Part shown: piece by piece, positions 26,860 to 43,273 of the stretch
Numbering within the stretch: position 1 is the stretch's first letter
How the letters are laid out: each line of letters starts with the position of its first letter
NCBI GenBank assembly: GCA_951406725.2
Contig: OX597825.1
Location: 88,660,001-88,724,000, forward strand
Reading direction: 5' to 3'
From: Octopus vulgaris
Lineage: Eukaryota
Length of the DNA stretch: 64,000 nt
Position numbers and translations under genes: made by a program
Notes under the pieces: generated by a model
The model's input: only the letters and a program-made list of their open reading frames with translations
Database searches by the model: none
What the model was told of the DNA's origin: nothing

Positions 26860-27554
26860 AAGCTCCAGCAAATCGTGAATGAAGAAGCAGACCGAACTCA
26901 ACTCCAGTGTGATCTATATGCTGTGAGTCAATGGGCAGACAGAAACAAATTGCAACTGAACGAGGGAAAATTTGAGCTGATATATTTTGGAAGAAATTCC
27001 TCACTAAAACAGCCATTCTCTCTTCTTTCAGGGGAACCGCTCACAGCCTCTAACAATATCAGATACCTGGGTGTAATTGTTGATGACGATCTCAGTTGGA
27101 GTGCACACATCAACAAGAAGGTCGATATAGCTCGTAGGATGAGTTCCTGGATCTTAAGAACTTTCCGGTCCAGAGAACAAGGTGTCATCATACCACTTTT
27201 CTCCTCTTTTGTACGGCCACACTTCGAATACTGCTGCCCACTGTGGTCTCCCCATACAAGACAAAAAAACTCGAGGATTGAATCAGCCCAGAGGGCACTC
27301 ACTAAACAAATTGAAGGCATGGCTGCTCTCGATTATTGGGATCGCCTTAAAGCCTTGAAACTCTACACTCTCCAGCGTCGCCGTGAGCGGTACATCATTT
27401 GTACGATGTGGAGAATATACCACCAACTTTGCCCAAACGACCTGAACATTAGCTTCAAGGTTCATCCAAGACTGGGACCACGGGCCATACATCCCCTGCC
27501 CAATTCCAGATCACAGCATACATGTGCACTGCAACATAATTTCTTTTCCTCAAC
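26860..27554 (+). mobile_element. CR1-group LINE (B-related family), RT C-terminal piece lacking the 3' end
   Basis: ORF 26854-27570 is homologous to ORF 23490-24062 ([24 protein letters not shown]); 5' end abuts TA array. Confidence 0.9.
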
Positions 27555-28700
27555 AGAACGAGAACAGTGAAGAAGTTTCAATGAAAATAGTAATGCAATA
27601 CGAAAGTATTGCTTTCCAGTAAAGGATAGTCCGTGAGGGTAAAATTATACATAAAAGTAAACTTCTTCACTGTTCTCGTTCTGTCAACGTTTTGGCGTTC
27701 AGATGCACACACGCATCTTTAGTAGTACATACGCAGTGAAGCTATACATTAGCGTCTTATTTATTACGTTCGCTATTTTCCAGTAAATATCGGTACTTCG
27801 TTGTGCCATTTATTTACTTTTATGTATAATCTTACCCTCACGGGCTATCCTTTACTGGAAAGCAATACTCCCGTATTGCATTACTATTTTCATTGAAACT
27901 TCTTCACTGTTCTCGTTCTGTCAAAGTTTTGGCGTTCAGTCGAGTGTACTGGAATAGATGTGGCAACATTTGAAATATTGTCGATGTATATGTGGCTTGA
28001 TTTGCATATCCATATCTTTTGTAACTTGATTAACATAAATTGAGTATAATGCAAAAGACAGCATAACACATACAAAGTGAAATAAATCAAAATATTAAGA
28101 AAACACTGCTTCATTCTAAGTGGAAGCAAATATCTCTGCTTTTGGTTCCATTTCTTCCAAACGCAATTTTTGAAAAACAAAGGCTTCCTGAACACTTTAA
28201 TTTAAACGTCAACCACAATCTATGATATAACGAAACAAAAAATCACAATTGATAATAATGCATCGTGTGTAACCCTGACAGAATTATGTGCAGAAGGACG
28301 AAATCTATGACATTACACTCTATCACAGAACATAACTAGTAAGAGCTGTAGCAAGCCAGACAATTGTACAATACTCTGTATATAATACAAACAAGCGCTT
28401 TGACAACAAGAGCAACTTCCTGTGTGCTTATATTATCCTAAAGTAATCGATACTCCTATTAATTACAAAACAGTGATACGGCAACCTTCGAACAATTTAT
28501 ATTGAACCCCTCCTCTCACCGTGACTAACAACAATAGTAGTAAGACATAACGACATACAATTGCAGGCGGTATGAAACAGAGATGGAATGCATAGTTGTT
28601 TCCTACAGTTCATTAGTAGTTCGGGATCTAGAACTGTAACTAATCGAATGTATAATATACATAGACCTCCATCTTTGTCTTACTGTCCACGTCTCAATTC

Positions 28701-28731
<31 letters not shown>

Positions 28732-29140
28732 TCTATATATAAATAAATATATATATATATAAATAAATATATATATATATAGAAATAAATATCTATATAT
28801 AGAAATAAATATATATATATATATAAATAATAATATATATATATATAAATAAATATATATATATATAAATAAAAAAATATCTATATAAATAAATAAATAT
28901 ATATATAAATAAATAAATATATATATATATATATAAATAAATATATATATAAATGAATAAATATATATATAAATAAAAAAATATATATATAAATAAATAT
29001 ATATATATATATAAATAAATAAATATATATATAAATAAATATATATATATATAAAGAAATATATACATATATATAAATAAATAAATATATATAAATAAAT
29101 ATATATATATATATAAATAAATATATATATAAATAAATAT

Positions 29141-29175
<35 letters not shown>

Positions 29176-29207
29176 AAAAATATATATATAAATAAATGAA
29201 TATATTT

Positions 29208-31845
29208 TAAAAATAGAAGTTCTAATCACATTAGAACAACACATAAGTGTACTTCTCATGGGAGACTTCAATCTACCCAATGTCAGATGGCCCGAGGGCC
29301 TTTCTCTCCCAGGAATGACAAGATGTGAACGAGGACAGGCGAGGTCCCTCCTGAACCTCATCAACACCCTGTACATGGAGCAAGTAATACTCCAACCAAC
29401 CAGGACAGGTAACACACTGGATCTCTGCTTCACAAATAATATGGATCTCATCCATAATGTGAAAGTGACACCGACACTACACTCGGATCACAACATGGTA
29501 GAGCTGACCATGTACGGGCCAAAATAGAGCACGGACATGCAGCCTACAAGAAACCCTCAGAATCTTTCCAGCTTGAACTTCAATAAGGCAAACTGGAAAC
29601 AAATTGAGAAAGAGAGCCTCAAACAAAACTGGCCTGAATGTCTCTCCTCGCCGGACATCGACATGATACTTCAACAATTCATGTCTGTAACGCAAGCCAT
29701 ATGCTACAAATGTGTCCCAGAGAGAAAGGCCACTGTACACAAGAACAAAATCCCCAGAGAGAGGAAAATTTTAATGAGACGGCGTACAAAAATTTCAAAT
29801 CGCCTAAACAAACCGATTGAAAGCAATGAAAAGTCCCGCCTGAAAATAAAACTGTTGGAAATTGAAAATTGTCTGCAACTCTCCCATGAGAAGGAAAGAG
29901 CAGACAAAGAAGCCTGGGCTATAGACAACATAAAAACTAACCCCAGAGCTTTCTACAGGTATGCCAAAGAAACAGCTACGGTGCACATTAGGATAGGGCC
30001 ACTCATTGAAAAGGATGGCACACTCACAGGAAAACCAATGAGGGTAAGTGAAATAGTGAATGAACAATTCAAGAGTGTTTTCACTCCACCCCTTGGGCAT
30101 CTCCAAATCACCAATCCAACTGACTTCTTTACCACTGCAGATATAGAATCAGAGGCGGCGACGATAAATTACATCGATATAAAGGAAGACGATGTAATAA
30201 AGGCTATAGATGAAATGAAAACAGACACAGCTATTGGCCCCGATGGATTCCCGGCAATCCTCCTAAAAGTATGTAAGAGAGTCCTAGCAAGACCACTGCG
30301 GTTCCTCTTTCAGAGCTTCCATGCAGCTGGCAAACTTCCAAGAAAACTGAAGGAAGGTAAAATATGCCCCATTCATAAAGGAGGTAGCAGAGCGGAGGCC
30401 AAGAACTACAGACCTATCTCTCTGACCTCACACATCAGCAAAGTCATGGAACGAATAGTCAGAAGGAAGCTAATCACCTTCCTTGAAGGAAATGACTTGC
30501 TGCCCGACACCCAACATGGTTTCCGACCAGGAAGAAGCTGCTTAACTCAGCTCCTGCAGCACTATGACTGAGTGCTGAAACAACTGCTCAACCACTCAAA
30601 TGTGGAAGTCATGTATCTCGACTTCGCAAAGGCCTTCGATAAAGGCGTGATCTTGGCATAGTTGGAAAACTAGGAGAATGGCTTCATGACTTTCTGAAGA
30701 ATAGAAGTCAGGTGGTAGCAGCCAATGGGGCCACTTCCATTAGCACGCAAGTAGTGAGCGGTGTTCCGCAGGGCACTGTGTTGGGACCACTACTGTTCAT
30801 AATGGCCCTCTCAGACATGCCCTCAGCCACGCAGAGAGCCACGATCACAAGTTATGCAGATGATACAAAAGTTTCACAGGCAATACAGAACCCTGAAGAC
30901 ACTAAACACCTGCAATGTGAGCTGGACGAAATATACAAGTGGGCTGAAAAGAATAGCATGCAGTTCAATGCTGAAAGGTTTCAAGCTTTATACTATCAGC
31001 ATGCAAAACTGAATGCAATACCCAATGAATACACTGGACCCGGAGGGATTGCAATCCCAGAGGCACAATCAGTGCGTGACCTGGGTATTCACATGAGTGA
31101 TGACGCGACCTTTCATGTACATGTTGCTAAACTGACAATGAAATGTAGACGACTGGCCGGATGGATCCTCAGAAGCTTTAGAACAAGAGAACAAGAAACC
31201 ATGATGGTCCTCTGGAGGACACTTGTCCTAAGCCACTTTGACTACTGCTCTCAGTTATGGTGACCATCCAGTGTCAAGTTGATCACAGCGCTCGAGGCGA
31301 TCCAACGTAGCTACACGAAAAAAATAGCCTCTATGCAGAATGTAAGCTACTGGGAAAGACTCAAGAGATTAAAACTATATTCCCTGGAGCGTAGGCGGGA
31401 AAGATATGCCATAATATACATCTGGAGGATACTGGAGGGACGTGTCCTAAACTTTGGCATCGAGAGTTACGCAAATGCCAGAACTGGGCACCACTGCGTG
31501 GTGCCTAGGACTCCAAACGTGCCATCAAGATGTACGACAAGATTCTGTGATAGCCTGGGCTTCCGAGGCTCACAGCTCTTCAATATCCTCCCGATGAACC
31601 TGAGAGACATGCATGGGGTGGATACAGATGTCTTTAAAATGGAGCTGGATCTCTTCCTGTCAGGTGTCCCAGATGAACCAACTTCACGGTAGGAGGGGCA
31701 AATGAGGGCAGCTGCATCGCACTCTCTCATGCACCAAATGGCAGTTGCTAGAAAGCTTTCGTGAAGTGAAACCAAGTAGCAACACCAAATGGCGGTGCCC
31801 CAGCATGCCCACAGCTCATAAGCTGAAACTAGAATCAATCAATCA
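29208..31845 (+). mobile_element. CR1-group LINE family A, 5'-truncated, several stops and a ~30 bp deletion
   Basis: Highly similar to 6737-9410 in opposite orientation; ORFs 29258-31692; (AATC)n tail running into TA. Confidence 0.95.
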
Positions 31846-31913
31846 TATATATAAATAAATATATATATAAATAAACTATATATATATATAAATAAATATA
31901 TATATATATATAA

Positions 31914-31955
<42 letters not shown>

Positions 31956-32103
31956 AATATAGATATATAAATAAATAAATAAATATATATATACTTTGAT
32001 ACTTTGATACTTTGATATATATATATAAATAAATATATATATATAAATAAATAAATATATATATAAATAAATATATATATATATAAATAAATATATATAT
32101 ATA

Positions 32104-32171
<68 letters not shown>

Positions 32172-32280
32172 AATAAATATATATATATATATATAAATAA
32201 ATATATATATATATAGATATATATATATATATAAAAATATATATAAATATATATATATAAATATATATATATAAAAAAAA

Positions 32281-32341
<61 letters not shown>

Positions 32342-32362
32342 TATATATATCTAAATAAATAT

Positions 32363-32395
<33 letters not shown>

Positions 32396-32414
32396 AATAA
32401 ATATATATATATAT

Positions 32415-32748
32415 TGCCATCCGCCCAAAACAAAAATCGCACTCTCATCTCATAACAACAATACGGCACAATTATTTCACATCAATTGGCCCCGCTCTCT
32501 TTAACATTACACCAAAACACATTAAAACAGAAACTGACCCTATAGGGTTCAAGAAGTCTTTGGACAGATTCCTTCAAGAAATCCCGGATAAACCCCCTAC
32601 ACCCGGATATGTCTCTGTAAACAATAACTCTCTACTTGAGTGGGCCATAGTGCCCAAATTCTGACTTGAAAGACTTCACCAGGTGGTGCTATTAAGTTAG
32701 ACATGGCCTGGGCCAATAATGGCCGAAACCTATCAAAGTATCAAAGTA
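32415..32748 (+). mobile_element. CR1-group LINE subfamily B2, 3'-terminal 330 bp
   Basis: Homologous to the family B 3' end ([25 protein letters not shown]); tail (TATCAAAG)n; TA arrays both sides. Confidence 0.88.
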
Positions 32749-33876
<1,128 letters not shown>

Positions 33877-33878
<2 letters not shown>

Positions 33879-35952
33879 CCTTAAATCCTTAAAAATATTC
33901 TAGCCCGAAGGCCGCGGCCATGCTGGGGCACCACCGCTGAATGAGCTACACTAGTTTGTGAATCCACCTCTGATACGTGGCACTTGATCAACAAGGGTGT
34001 TCGATGCTGCTGCCCGCATCCGTGTCTCCTGTCCTGAGGTAGGTTCATCTGGGACTCCCAACAAGAAGAGATCCAGTTTAGTTTTAATGAAACCCACATC
34101 CACACCATGTAAGTCTCTCAGGCATTTAGGGAGGATGTTAAAGAGCTGTGGTCCTCTGAAACCCAAGCTGTTGCAGTATCTGGACCTGTATTTTGATGGT
34201 GATGTTGGAATCCTTGGCACCACGCAGCGGCGCCCCGTTCTGCGGTTGGAGTAACTTTGAATGCCAAAGTTTGGGACAAGACCCTCCAGGATTTTCCAGA
34301 TGTATATCACTGCATATCTCTCCCGCCTCCGCTCCAGGGAGAAGAGGTTTAATACCTTCAGTCTTTCCCAGTAGCTGACATTTTGCATTGAGACGATTTT
34401 CTTTGTGTAGCTTCTCTGAGTTGCTTCGAGTTCTGCTGTTTGTTTTATATTGTGTGGTGACCAAAGTTGGGAGCAGTAGTCCAAGCGGCTGAGGACGAAT
34501 GTTTTCCATAGGACCATCAGTGTCTCCTTCTCTCTTGTTCTGAAAGTTCGGAGAATCCATCCAGCTAGCCGTCTGCATTTTATCACCAGATTAGCAATAT
34601 GCATTTGGAAAGATGCATCATTGCTCATGTCAATGCCCAGGTCACGCACTGATTTTGACTCAGGGATTGCAATTATTCCTGGGCCAGTGTATCCAGTCTT
34701 CACGTCATTTAGCTTTGTGTGCCAGTAGCGCAGGGCCTGGAACTTACCTGCATTAAACTGCATGTTGTTGTCCTCAGCCCACCTGTATATTGTGTCCACC
34801 TCATGTTGCAGATGCGCAATATTTTCAGGGTTTTGTATTGCGTGGGAGACTTTTGTGTCATCTGCATAGCTAGCAAGGGTGGTCATCGTAGCAACTGAAG
34901 GCATGTCTGAAAGGGCCACTATGAACATCAGTGGCCCCAAGACAGTGCCCTGTGGGACACCGCTTGTTATTTGCGTTTCCTTGGAGGTGGCTCCATTGCT
35001 CACAACTGCCTGTTTTCTGTCTTTTAGGAAGTTGTGCAGCCACTCTCCAAGTTTCCCGCCTATGCCGAGACCATGCAGTTTGTGACAGATCATACCATGG
35101 TCGACTTTATCAAAGGCTTTTGCAAAGTCAAGATATATTACATCCACATTTGAGCCATTTAGTAGCTGTTTCAACACCCAGTCATAGTGTTGCAGGAGCT
35201 GTGTTAGGCAGCCTCTACCTGGTCGAAATCCATGCTGGGTGTCAGACAGTAAGTCATTTTCTTCAAGGAACATGATTAGTTTCTTACGGACTATTCGTTC
35301 CATGACTTTGCTGATGTGTGAGGTCAGAGAGATAGGCCTATAATTTTTAGCATCTGCTCTGCTACCTCCCTTATGGATAGGGCATATTACCCCCTCTTTC
35401 AGTTTGACTGGGAGCTTACCACTTGCAAGAAAGCTCTGAAAAAGAAGCTGTAGCGGTTTTGCAAGGGCTCGTTTGCACGATTTGAGAAGGATCGCTGGGA
35501 ATCCATCAGGTCCAGCAGCTGAGTTTGTGTCAATCTCATCAATGGCTAGTGTGATATCATCATCTTCGATGTTGATGTACTCAATTTTTGTCTCTTTGGC
35601 CGCTGGTAAAGTGGCAAAGAATTCTTCTGGGTTGTTTACTTGCCTGTGTCCTAGAGGTGTAGTGAACACACTTTGGAACTGTTCGTTCAGTATTTCACTT
35701 ATCCTCGTGGGATTTCCTGTGAGAGAGCCATCTTTTTGGAAGAGAGGTCCTATTCTCTGGTGCACTGTGGCTGTCTCTTTGGCAAACTTAAAGAAAGCTT
35801 TAGGGTTTGATTTTATATTTTCTATTACCCAAGCTTCTTTATCTGCTCTCCCCTTTTCATGGGACTGATGTAGACTTTTCTCAGTTTCCATTAGCATTCT
35901 TTCGAGCCGAGACTTCTCTCCACTTTTGGTGTGCTTGCTCAGGCGGTTTGCA
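33877..35952 (-). mobile_element. CR1-group LINE family C, 5'-truncated, uninterrupted RT ORF
   Basis: Open frame 35952-33951 with [29 protein letters not shown]; tail (TTTAAGGA)x2; TA arrays both sides. Confidence 0.95.
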
Positions 35953-35980
35953 ATATATATATATATAAATATATATATAA

Positions 35981-36153
<173 letters not shown>

Positions 36154-36199
36154 ATAAATAAATATATATATATAAATAAATAAATATATATATATATAA

Positions 36200-36272
<73 letters not shown>

Positions 36273-36282
36273 TATATATATA

Positions 36283-36322
<40 letters not shown>

Positions 36323-36453
36323 TATATATATAAATATATATATATAAATATATACATATATAAATATATATATATAAATATATACGTATATAAATATATA
36401 CATATATAAATATATACATATATAAATATATATATATATATACATATATATAC

Positions 36454-36538
<85 letters not shown>

Positions 36539-37366
36539 AGCTCACACACATGCATGCACACTCGAAGATATGTATATATAAAGAAAGGGAGAAAAGTGCC
36601 ATGGGATCACTTAATAACGATGACCTTGAACGAGCCACAACAACGGAAACAGAAAAGTTATTTGTAACGCATTCCCCCAAAAATATTCTTACTTCATGAG
36701 ATCGTAATATATCCACTTCGTGATATCATTAGCCATATACATTTTATCATACTGTTTACCAAACCAGCAATTTAATCATAGTGTTTACCTAAGTGACAAT
36801 TTAAGCAGTTGAATATCCGCAAATGTATTTGCCAACTGAACGCCATTTGATCTCCTTAAAAGCATATGCATATGACATGAGATCGTTGTCAACAGAAGTA
36901 TTAACTTCGTCATATTTGTATTGATTTTCTTACTTATAAAAGGCCAAACTTCTTCCGATGCATCAGGGCTGAATGCATATAAAGCTAAAGTAACAGAGAT
37001 AGATGCATGCAAATCTTGTATAACTTAAATGTAATGTATAAGTACACTGTATGTGTGCGTGTAAGCGCCTATGTGTATATGTTTGTGCACCCGTGAGTGT
37101 ATGTATGTTAGCAAAGGCACAAAACTGTATTTATAAAAGTAACGTACCATTTTCCCTATTAAAGGGCATCTAAAGAAGAGATCGCTACATTTAAAAACAA
37201 ATTGATATTTACATTTCTGCTGCGTTTTTGCCTCATAACAAGAAACAAAAGGACATTTTTAATATCATGGAAGCAAATACACAACCCATTTTACGAATAC
37301 ATTTTTGAAACTATATTAGGGTAGGTGTGAATGAGGGTATGCATGCATGCGTGGAGACTCAATCTG

Positions 37367-37423
<57 letters not shown>

Positions 37424-37545
37424 TATATATATTACATATTGAGTCTCCACGCATGCATATTAGAACGTAAAGATGGATGACATGGCGCAGAGCATGTTGC
37501 CCGGAAACGAAACGACGCTGCCAGCACGTCACTTAACAGGTGTTA

Positions 37546-37606
<61 letters not shown>

Positions 37607-37607
37607 T

Positions 37608-37895
<288 letters not shown>

Positions 37896-37916
37896 ATACA
37901 CACACATAATATATAT

Positions 37917-37949
<33 letters not shown>

Positions 37950-38569
37950 CACACACAAACACGAGCACATTACTTTACGTTTAACACTAGTGATTCAAAT
38001 ATGTAATATGATCATTCTTCTTCCATGCCTGTGTGCACTGAATAAAAAAATTGGAATGATGTGGGTAAATTTCTCCGACTTGTATTTGAAATCGAGCCTC
38101 TTTTCACTCTTTTCACATTGGCAAGAATTGCCTGTTACCTTTCGGGGACTTATTTAGAGATGTGTACGCTAGACATAGTTGGACAATAGAGATATGCTAT
38201 TAAATATTCATGAAACATCATTGCCGATATTTTTATGTATGTAATATAAATTGAACAATAAGAAACTGTTCCGAATTGAAATAAATGATTGTATCCAATT
38301 TTAAAATATATATTTTATTCACCTAGTATTGAATGCACTCATTGTTTACTCTTGTTAAATTTCTATTCAATACTCAACAATCGACAAAAGTTATTGATCC
38401 GAATGAAAGTTTAAATCTATCTCTATCAAAATGTCCTCATTTCATACATTTGTTTATGAAGAGAAAATACAAAATGCGACTCGTATGTAGACTTACACCC
38501 ATATACACACGAATAAATACTTGCATATATACATATTTGTATAGATATAAATACGTGAATATAGAAAGA

Positions 38570-38575
38570 TATGTG

Positions 38576-38606
<31 letters not shown>

Positions 38607-38683
38607 GTATGTATATATGTATATATATATATATGTATATATATACATTTATGTATATATATATGTATATATATGCATATATG

Positions 38684-38714
<31 letters not shown>

Positions 38715-38717
38715 GCA

Positions 38718-38760
<43 letters not shown>

Positions 38761-38763
38761 GCA

Positions 38764-38803
<40 letters not shown>

Positions 38804-38823
38804 TATGTATATATATATATGCA

Positions 38824-38869
<46 letters not shown>

Positions 38870-38993
38870 TATATATATTCATTTATTTCTGTTCCTTCTT
38901 ATCACGAAAAAACTCCCCATCTAGATATGTATGTGTGCATCTAATTCTGTTTATTTGCATCTCTCCCTCCCTATCTCTCTTTCCACCCACACA

Positions 38994-39026
<33 letters not shown>

Positions 39027-39297
39027 CACACACATTATATATACATATATACACACATATTATATACATATATATATATATAAATTACACACATTATACA
39101 TACATATATATATATACACATACATTATATATACATATATATACACACATTATGCATACATATATATATATATATACACACATTATATATACATATATAT
39201 ATATATACACACATTATACATACATATATATATACACATACGTTATATATACATATATATATACACATACGTTATATATACATATATATATATATAC

Positions 39298-39341
<44 letters not shown>

Positions 39342-39342
39342 A

Positions 39343-39380
<38 letters not shown>
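38570..39380. repeat. Compound TA/TG/CA arrays
   Basis: Directly visible. Confidence 0.9.
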
Positions 39381-39381
<1 letters not shown>

Positions 39382-39599
39382 ATTTTCAATTGTATGTGCT
39401 GTATATAAATGGAAAGAATTTATTTAACTATCGTGCAAAGCAATAAAATATTGAACTGGAGAATAACATTAGACTGTAAATTTTGAAACCATGCATGTTT
39501 AATAATTCTAACAAAAATATGCAGATAATGATGTAGAGAATATGTCGTGGGACGCTTCATCATGCAGTGAGATGACAGTGGGAAATTCAATAATAATGA

Positions 39600-39985
39600 T
39601 AATGAAACAATAGTACAAACAGTTCAGGCAAAACAGATTGTTTGAAGCAAATCAGATGAAACTGTTTCAGGAACTAGATGGACAATTACGCGTAATAATT
39701 ACACCAGCGGCAGAGGAAAGCAGGGCAGTCTAGAGATGGATATCTGGGACCAACCTGTAGAGCATAATGATGAAGCGGAGTGGCTCTAGGATACGTTAAG
39801 AAATATAGAAGGCCAAGAAGATATAAAAATAACTACAGAAATGATAAAAAAGCATTTAAGAAAATTCCCAAATTGGAAGGGACCATGACCGGATGGTGTC
39901 CAAGTGTGTTAGATGAAGAAGCTGAGAGGGCGCCCAGAAAGGATAACGCAACAGCTAGATAAGTGCTTGCAACCTCGTCCCTAGT
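39600..39985 (+). mobile_element. Dong/R4 LINE internal relic
   Basis: IWDQPVEHNDEAEWL and IKITTEMIKKHLRKFPNWKG..PDGVQ, the pre-RT region of this clade. Confidence 0.65.
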
Positions 39986-41331
39986 AATATGTCTCTTTCG
40001 GGTATTTGCCTTCTGTTCGTGTCCGCTTGATTTCCCATCATCCTCTTACTTTCCGTTTTCGTTCCGGTTTGACTCTGCTATTTGCATATTTGTCAACATA
40101 TCTTGTCCATTTGTTTATTAGTTGCCACATGAATATTTACTGACTGTGAAAGCTGGCTAAGTGCATAGTTTTGAAGCCGATTATTGTGTTCCCGATATAC
40201 CCTAGCCAGACTGTCTTGTGTCACAGAAACAGAATCTTCACTCCTCTCTGCGTATTCAGCCATCTGTTTCAGTCGCTTGCACTGTTCAGTCTCTGATTCA
40301 GTCGCTCTTCTCCCAAATTGCTTTGTACCTTTTCCACCATCCGTTCCGATTTAGTCGCATAGCATCTGAATGAACGATGCTGTATCCTATGTTAAATCCC
40401 AAATTCAAATGAACATTTTGAATGTGAAAACAAATAGTGCAGTATCTATCCAGTACTGTTATATTGTAATGAATAATTTAAACGAAATCAACTTAATGAT
40501 TAGCAATAAACCGAAAGTGAAAATAAGCACAGAATATAACACAAGGTTTTCATTATACAAACGTGTATGATTTACACATTTATATTTAACGGAATGAATC
40601 TTGAAATTGCTTTTGTAATTTTGATAGACATAATAAAAAACTTTTACAAATATTCTAAAATTCTCTCAAATGAAAACTGTGTAATCATTTATTTTTAATG
40701 AAAGCAATTAAATAGTGATGATAGAAGTCGAGAGAATGGGGGAGAGTGCATGGCATGCAAAGAAAGTGAAAGTAAGAGACTCTGCTGGGAAAGACAAAAA
40801 ATAAAGTAAATGAAATAATAGCAGAAAAGATAGAAGAGAAAGAGAGAAAATAATAAAGGAGTAAAATGTCGAAAAATGAGAGGGAGAGAGTTATAAGGAG
40901 AGAGAAAGTGAAAAACTGGAAAGAATAAATACTACAAGGAACAGAGACATTCCGTATCACCAATATTTAATCTTCATTGGCAGAAAAAAGTATCTTGTGC
41001 AGAGAATGGACTCAGAATTCATTAGACAAGTCGTCAGCAGCAACATAAGTGGTTCGTGTGTTGAGAAAATCCTAATTTAACAGGAGTTCAAATAAAATAA
41101 TCACTACCAATATTAAAAGTTACGATGAATAAAAGACTACTTCCGGTATACGTATTGTTAAAGCTATTCTATCACATATAACAATGCACTTTATAGTGGT
41201 GCGGCAAGTAGTCTTTCTATATACGGAAATACATAAAGCTATTACTACTCGTATATATATACACACACAATTATTTAAACCTGCAAATATATATAGACAC
41301 GCACACATATATACACAAGTATTTAGACATG

Positions 41332-41375
<44 letters not shown>

Positions 41376-41382
41376 CATATAT

Positions 41383-41467
41383 TTCGGAGTCGATAAATTA
41401 AGTACCAGTTGAGTACTGGGGTTAATTCAATTGACTTCTTCTTGCCAAAATTTGGAATTATTGTATA

Positions 41468-41468
<1 letters not shown>
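41383..41468 (+). mobile_element. Nin/Deu-type SINE fragment
   Basis: TTCGGAGTCGATAAATTAAGTACCAGTTGAGTACTGGGG is shared with the 18793 and 53570 copies. Confidence 0.6.
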
Positions 41469-41525
<57 letters not shown>

Positions 41526-41745
41526 TACACATACATATAGGTAAAATTATTGCGTCGGCGGTATATAAAATCAGTAAATCAAGAGCTATTACAAATGAAT
41601 ATAATGTTAATTAACCAAGAAGGTTTCGTAGGAATTCGGCCGCTTAATAAGCTTGTTCATTATTCTAAGTATACAAGACATTATGTGTACAACATACATA
41701 TATACATACATATATACATTTATATATATATATGTATGTATACAT

Positions 41746-41891
41746 GCGCAAGAATGGGTGTAATTATCTTGCATCACATCCACGTGGCCCCGGGTTCAGT
41801 CCCAATGCGTGGCACTTTGGACATTTGTTTTCTTAAATAGCCTCGAGTCTTGCGAGTGGATTTAATAGATGGAAACTGAAAGAAGGCCGCC

Positions 41892-41924
<33 letters not shown>

Positions 41925-42151
41925 CACATATATATGTATGTATCTATGTATGTATGTATGTTTGTATGTATGCATTTGTGTGTCTGTGTTTCTTCCCCCA
42001 CCATCGCCTGACAACCGATGTTAATGTCTTTACGTCCCTGTAACATAGCTGTTCGGCAAGAGAGACCGATAGAATAATAGGCTTACAAATGTTAAGTTTG
42101 AGGTTGATTTGTACGTCTAAAGGCGGTGCTCCAGTATGGCCGCAGTCAAAT
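41746..42151 (+). mobile_element. tRNA-derived SINE with LINE-A-like 3' end and internal microsatellite
   Basis: Colinear with 63375-63725; B box GGTTCAGTCCC; ends GGCGGTGCTCCAGTATGGCCGCAGTCAAAT. Confidence 0.85.
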
Positions 42152-42699
42152 ATATATGTTTATATGCATAAAAATAAAATACCGTAGAAGATACATTTCA
42201 CCTGGTTAAGGACGGGAAAATATTGTGTAGTCCTATAATTATTTATCTATCACTATTTAGAGCCGTCTTCTGCGGCCTGGTTTACTGACACAATCCAAAG
42301 CATCTGAGAATTGTCTCTAAATATAATAACGCATTTGTCATAGAAGACGGCAGGCTGCTTAAGTAGATTTTCGGTAAACAGAGTTTTGAAAATTTCAATG
42401 TGAACAATAGAAATTTATTTGCAGAAGATTATGTTTTGAATAATGAGATTCGATCTGGGATTAGATTTGTTGAAGATTAATAATTGAAATATAAAATACT
42501 AAATCTCCCAAATACTTAAAGTAACTTCAGAATCCGTTTGGCGGAGATGTTATAGGGAAGCCTCATCTCTAATTCTGTAGTGATTATAAATGATTGACAG
42601 CCAAGTTAATGGTGGATAAAATAATGAAGTATTTGTGTAAGATGCTAAGTAAGGTAAATTCAAATAGAAAGGAAACAATAACGTTTCTACTGCATAAGG

Positions 42700-42751
<52 letters not shown>

Positions 42752-43273
42752 GAAATGAGTATGCTTCTGCCTGTACGTATGCATTTGTATGCATGGATGT
42801 ATGTGTGTCTATATTTTTCTATATGTTTACTTTCGCGTTTGATTCAAATGTAATTCCTGTTTGCAGCCAACACATTTGAGGTGTAACATTATATTTATAT
42901 GTTAGAAATATTGGTAACAACTATTGTATTTATACGTAATACAAAATATCTCGTGATAACTCTTACTGATACGAAACGGGTAAACAAATATTTGTAGAAA
43001 TTAATTCGCATTTCCGCTGAAAAGAATCCAGAAATTTCCACTTTCATTCAGACGATGCATTACAACATATATACTGGAAATAGCTAAAACGAAGCCTTCC
43101 GAAGTTCGCGCCCATATAAATACACCCAAAGTGAAACTCAATGTAATTGCCACCACTTCACATGAAAGATTATTTGGATTTCGCGCAACACAATGAATTG
43201 TTACGAATATAATTTTATCTCTTCCGTCTCTCCTTCTTCTCCTCCTTCCTTTTCTTCTCCATCTTCTTCACTA

